Source of the DNA: an uncultured Gemmataceae bacterium
Lineage (GTDB): Bacteria; Planctomycetota; Planctomycetia; Gemmatales; Gemmataceae
Direction: 5' to 3'
Assembly: GCA_963750165.1 (NCBI GenBank)
Contig: CAVVPN010000001.1
Span: 128,001 to 192,000, forward strand
DNA length: 64,000 bases
Shown here: positions 63,277-64,000 of the stretch, piece after piece
Position numbering within the stretch: position 1 is the first letter of the stretch
Layout: each line of letters begins with the position of its first letter
The notes under the pieces: model-generated
What the model saw: the letters and a program-made list of their open reading frames with translations, nothing else
The model's database searches: none
What the model was told of the DNA's origin: nothing
Position numbers and translations under genes: made by a program

Positions 63277-64000
63277 TTACCAGCGGCCGAAATGAGCGCC
63301 GCCATCGACGTACAAGATGTGACCCGTCACCGTCGCGGCGTCGGTCAGGAACAGGATCGCGTCCACAATGTCCTTGACCGTCGAGGGCCGACCCATCGGC
63401 GAGAGACTCTCCATCACCTCCTTCGGAGTCCCCCGGTGCATCGGCGTATCGACGACGCCGGGCGCGACGGCGTTGACGCGGATGCCGTCCTTCGCGTACT
63501 CCATGGCCAGGTGCTGCGTGACCGTTTCCAGGCCGCCTTTGGTGATCATCGGCACCGCCGCCGTTACACCCCGGATCGGGTTGCGGGCAAGCGCCGCCGA
63601 GATCGTGACGATGCTCCCGCCGGTCTGCTGCGCCAGCATCTGCTTGACGGCGAGCTGGGTGACGTACAGAAAGCCCTCGAGGTTCGTCGAGACGAGCGAC
63701 CTGAAGTCCTCGCCCGTGTAGTCCGTGAACGGCTTGGTGAAGAAGATGCCGGCGTTATTGACCAGCACCTCGATCGACCCGAAGCGCGACAGCGCCGTCT
63801 CGACGACCCTGGCGGCAGTCGTCGGCTCGCCGATGTCGCCGTCCACCAGGGCGACGCGGTCGGAAGCCGCGACCTCGGTGGATTGCGTCACTTTCCGCGA
63901 AGTAGCAACGACGTTGTTGCCCCGTGCGACGAACGCTTGCACGATTCCCGCGCCGATCCCTTGCGAGGCCCCGGTCACGATGACTGTCTTCCGCGTGTTG
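63277..64000 (-). CDS. SDR family oxidoreductase (5' end at or beyond window edge)
   Basis: TGASQGIG, NNAG, IRVNAVAPG, VDGG. Confidence 0.9.
   Translation of the reverse strand, partial: NTRKTVIVTGASQGIGAGIVQAFVARGNNVVATSRKVTQSTEVAASDRVALVDGDIGEPTTAARVVETALSRFGSIEVLVNNAGIFFTKPFTDYTGEDFRSLVSTNLEGFLYVTQLAVKQMLAQQTGGSIVTISAALARNPIRGVTAAVPMITKGGLETVTQHLAMEYAKDGIRVNAVAPGVVDTPMHRGTPKEVMESLSPMGRPSTVKDIVDAILFLTDAATVTGHILYVDGGAHFGRW

Overview
GC-rich bacterial DNA. Gene content (ECF sigma factors with long extensions, ECF/Ser-Thr kinase pair, MoxR-DUF58-BatA/vWA operon, GTAG-type REP palindromes) points to a Planctomycetota, probably Gemmataceae-like, genome. About 15 single-base frameshifts in otherwise intact genes look like long-read assembly errors. 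1-18.6 kb: PQQ-propeller/MoxR/DUF58/BatA-vWA/coiled-coil/prenyltransferase-like/NPCBM operon. 18.6-23.8 kb: accessory patch with a pseudogene, a sulfotransferase, a two-gene pair and a SWIM-SNF2 helicase. 24-41.6 kb: HtrA, a signalling cluster (CheB-CheR, PAS kinase, ANTAR regulator, CHASE3 kinase, HD-GYP), an extended ECF and TIGR01777. tRNA-Leu(GAG) lies at 41.83 kb. 42-64 kb is a mosaic island. It has a ~10 kb block bounded by identical 50-bp direct repeats that carries two tandem cytochrome P460 genes (one Nitrosomonas-like with the catalytic Glu, one with Phe there), RclC, RidA and an RclA-like reductase, divergent from an ECF/kinase-TPR pair. After it come MazEF, IS701, AbiE and an HTH+IrrE-associated multi-ubiquitin/E2-like operon. 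An IS3 element truncates that operon and also an adjacent MOSC oxidoreductase. All family calls are from motif recognition, not database searches.
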